Source of the DNA: an uncultured Deinococcaceae bacterium
GTDB taxonomy: Bacteria > Deinococcota > Deinococci > Deinococcales > Deinococcaceae
DNA length: 64,000 nucleotides
Direction: 5' to 3'
Assembly (NCBI GenBank): GCA_964252075.1
Contig: CAXULY010000002.1
Coordinates: 175,974-239,973 of the forward strand
Below the pieces are notes generated by a model. That model ran no database searches and had not been told where the DNA came from. It worked only from the letters and a program-made list of their open reading frames with translations. Position numbers and translations under genes: made by a program. Shown here one piece after another: positions 63,072-64,000 of this stretch (positions are counted from its first letter, which is position 1; every line of letters begins with the position of its first letter).

Positions 63072-63389
63072 CTACTTGCGTTCATTCGGCCCACGCGCGG
63101 GGCCTGCGTCTGGGTTGGCGTTGCCGGAGGCGCCGCTGCCTCCCTGCCCGCCGATATCAGCGCCCACTGCGCCACCACTGCCAAGTCGTGAGTCGTGGCT
63201 CACGCCGGGCCCGCCGTCGGTGAGGCTGTCACTGATGCCGCTGCCGGGGAGGTCGCTGGCGCTGCCTTCGGACCCGCCCTGCTCGAAGTCGTCTATGGAC
63301 TGGTCCGTGCCGGCGCCGCTGCCGAGCCCGCTTTCGTCGCTGACGTTCTGGTCGGGGTCGGGGTTCTGCTGCGCGTTGGGCTCTGTCAT
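63072..63389 (-). CDS. Small acidic Gly/Asp/Ser-rich, probably disordered protein
   Basis: AGGAGG RBS before ATG 63389; MTEPNAQQNPDPDQNVSDESGLGSGAGTDQ... Confidence 0.7.
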   Translation of the reverse strand: MTEPNAQQNPDPDQNVSDESGLGSGAGTDQSIDDFEQGGSEGSASDLPGSGISDSLTDGGPGVSHDSRLGSGGAVGADIGGQGGSGASGNANPDAGPARGPNERK

Positions 63390-63551
63390 CTGGTCCTCCT
63401 GCATTCACGGAAGCTGGGGTGAGTGGTGCTCGCCTCACGCTAGGCGGGTTGGGATGGGGGAGGGTGTCAGAAGGCCGAGGGGTTCTTTGCTGATTCCGGA
63501 GCAGGTGACGGGAGGCCATAAAGGGGCGTTCACCCAATCCCTCTTGTGCCC

Positions 63552-63580
63552 TTGACGGGCAGGTGTGGGTGCAGTAGTCT
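63552..63580 (+). promoter_or_regulatory. Upstream rRNA promoter (P1-like)
   Basis: TTGACG-N17-TAGTCT. Confidence 0.7.
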
Positions 63581-63691
63581 TTGCGACCGCCACTGACCAA
63601 GTGTCGTGTGGCGGGCTTTCCTGCAAGGGGGAGTGCGTTTGCTGTACCATTTTTTCTGCGCGTAGGGTACTCAGGTTGGATGCGCAGGGTG

Positions 63692-63720
63692 TTGACAAGA
63701 TCAACGCGAGCGGATACACT
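63692..63720 (+). promoter_or_regulatory. rRNA promoter (P2-like)
   Basis: TTGACA-N17-TACACT. Confidence 0.85.
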
Positions 63721-63770
63721 AACTGAGTGCTTGAGGGGAAACCCGAAGGCGCGCACGGGACGCAAGTCCT

Positions 63771-63805
<35 letters not shown>

Positions 63806-63950
63806 GGACCATCCGACAGGGTGGCGAGTCCGGTCCTTCCCCCGAAGGACTCCCGAGGCTCAATCGGGACCGCGAGGTCCCAAACCAAGCGATCTGATTG
63901 CTTGGACCAGACTTTTCTCTGCTCAGGGCTGAACAGCCCAAGTAGACCAT

Positions 63951-64000
<50 letters not shown>

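Overview
High-GC window, very probably from Deinococcus (16S 5' end ...GGCTCAGGGTGAACGCTGG, a consensus DdrO/RDRM box, and many -10 boxes sitting 5-7 nt before start codons). In order it holds: a malE-like binding protein; an ebo (eboD-orf-eboB-eboE-eboC-eboF) cluster; a histidine kinase/response regulator pair; a GH43 lipoprotein that appears to need a CTG start; and a candidate peptide-signalling cassette (tricorn protease <- TPR/wHTH/BTAD activator <-> 48-aa secreted peptide absent from the ORF track -> lipoprotein subtilase with six GGTLWID repeats -> TPR-GGDEF-EAL). Sugar and amino-acid ABC transporters, catabolic and efflux genes follow. A secondary-replicon-type origin (repA, AT-rich tract, ten 20-bp iterons, parAB with a 22-bp palindrome) is split by two more kinase/regulator pairs. 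The window ends with an acyltransferase/YnjB-like ABC locus, a MerR-GyrI regulator, and tandem rRNA promoters with the first 50 nt of a 16S gene. All product calls come from motif recognition by eye; no database search was run. Several starts were moved from the ORF-track positions using RBS or -10 evidence.
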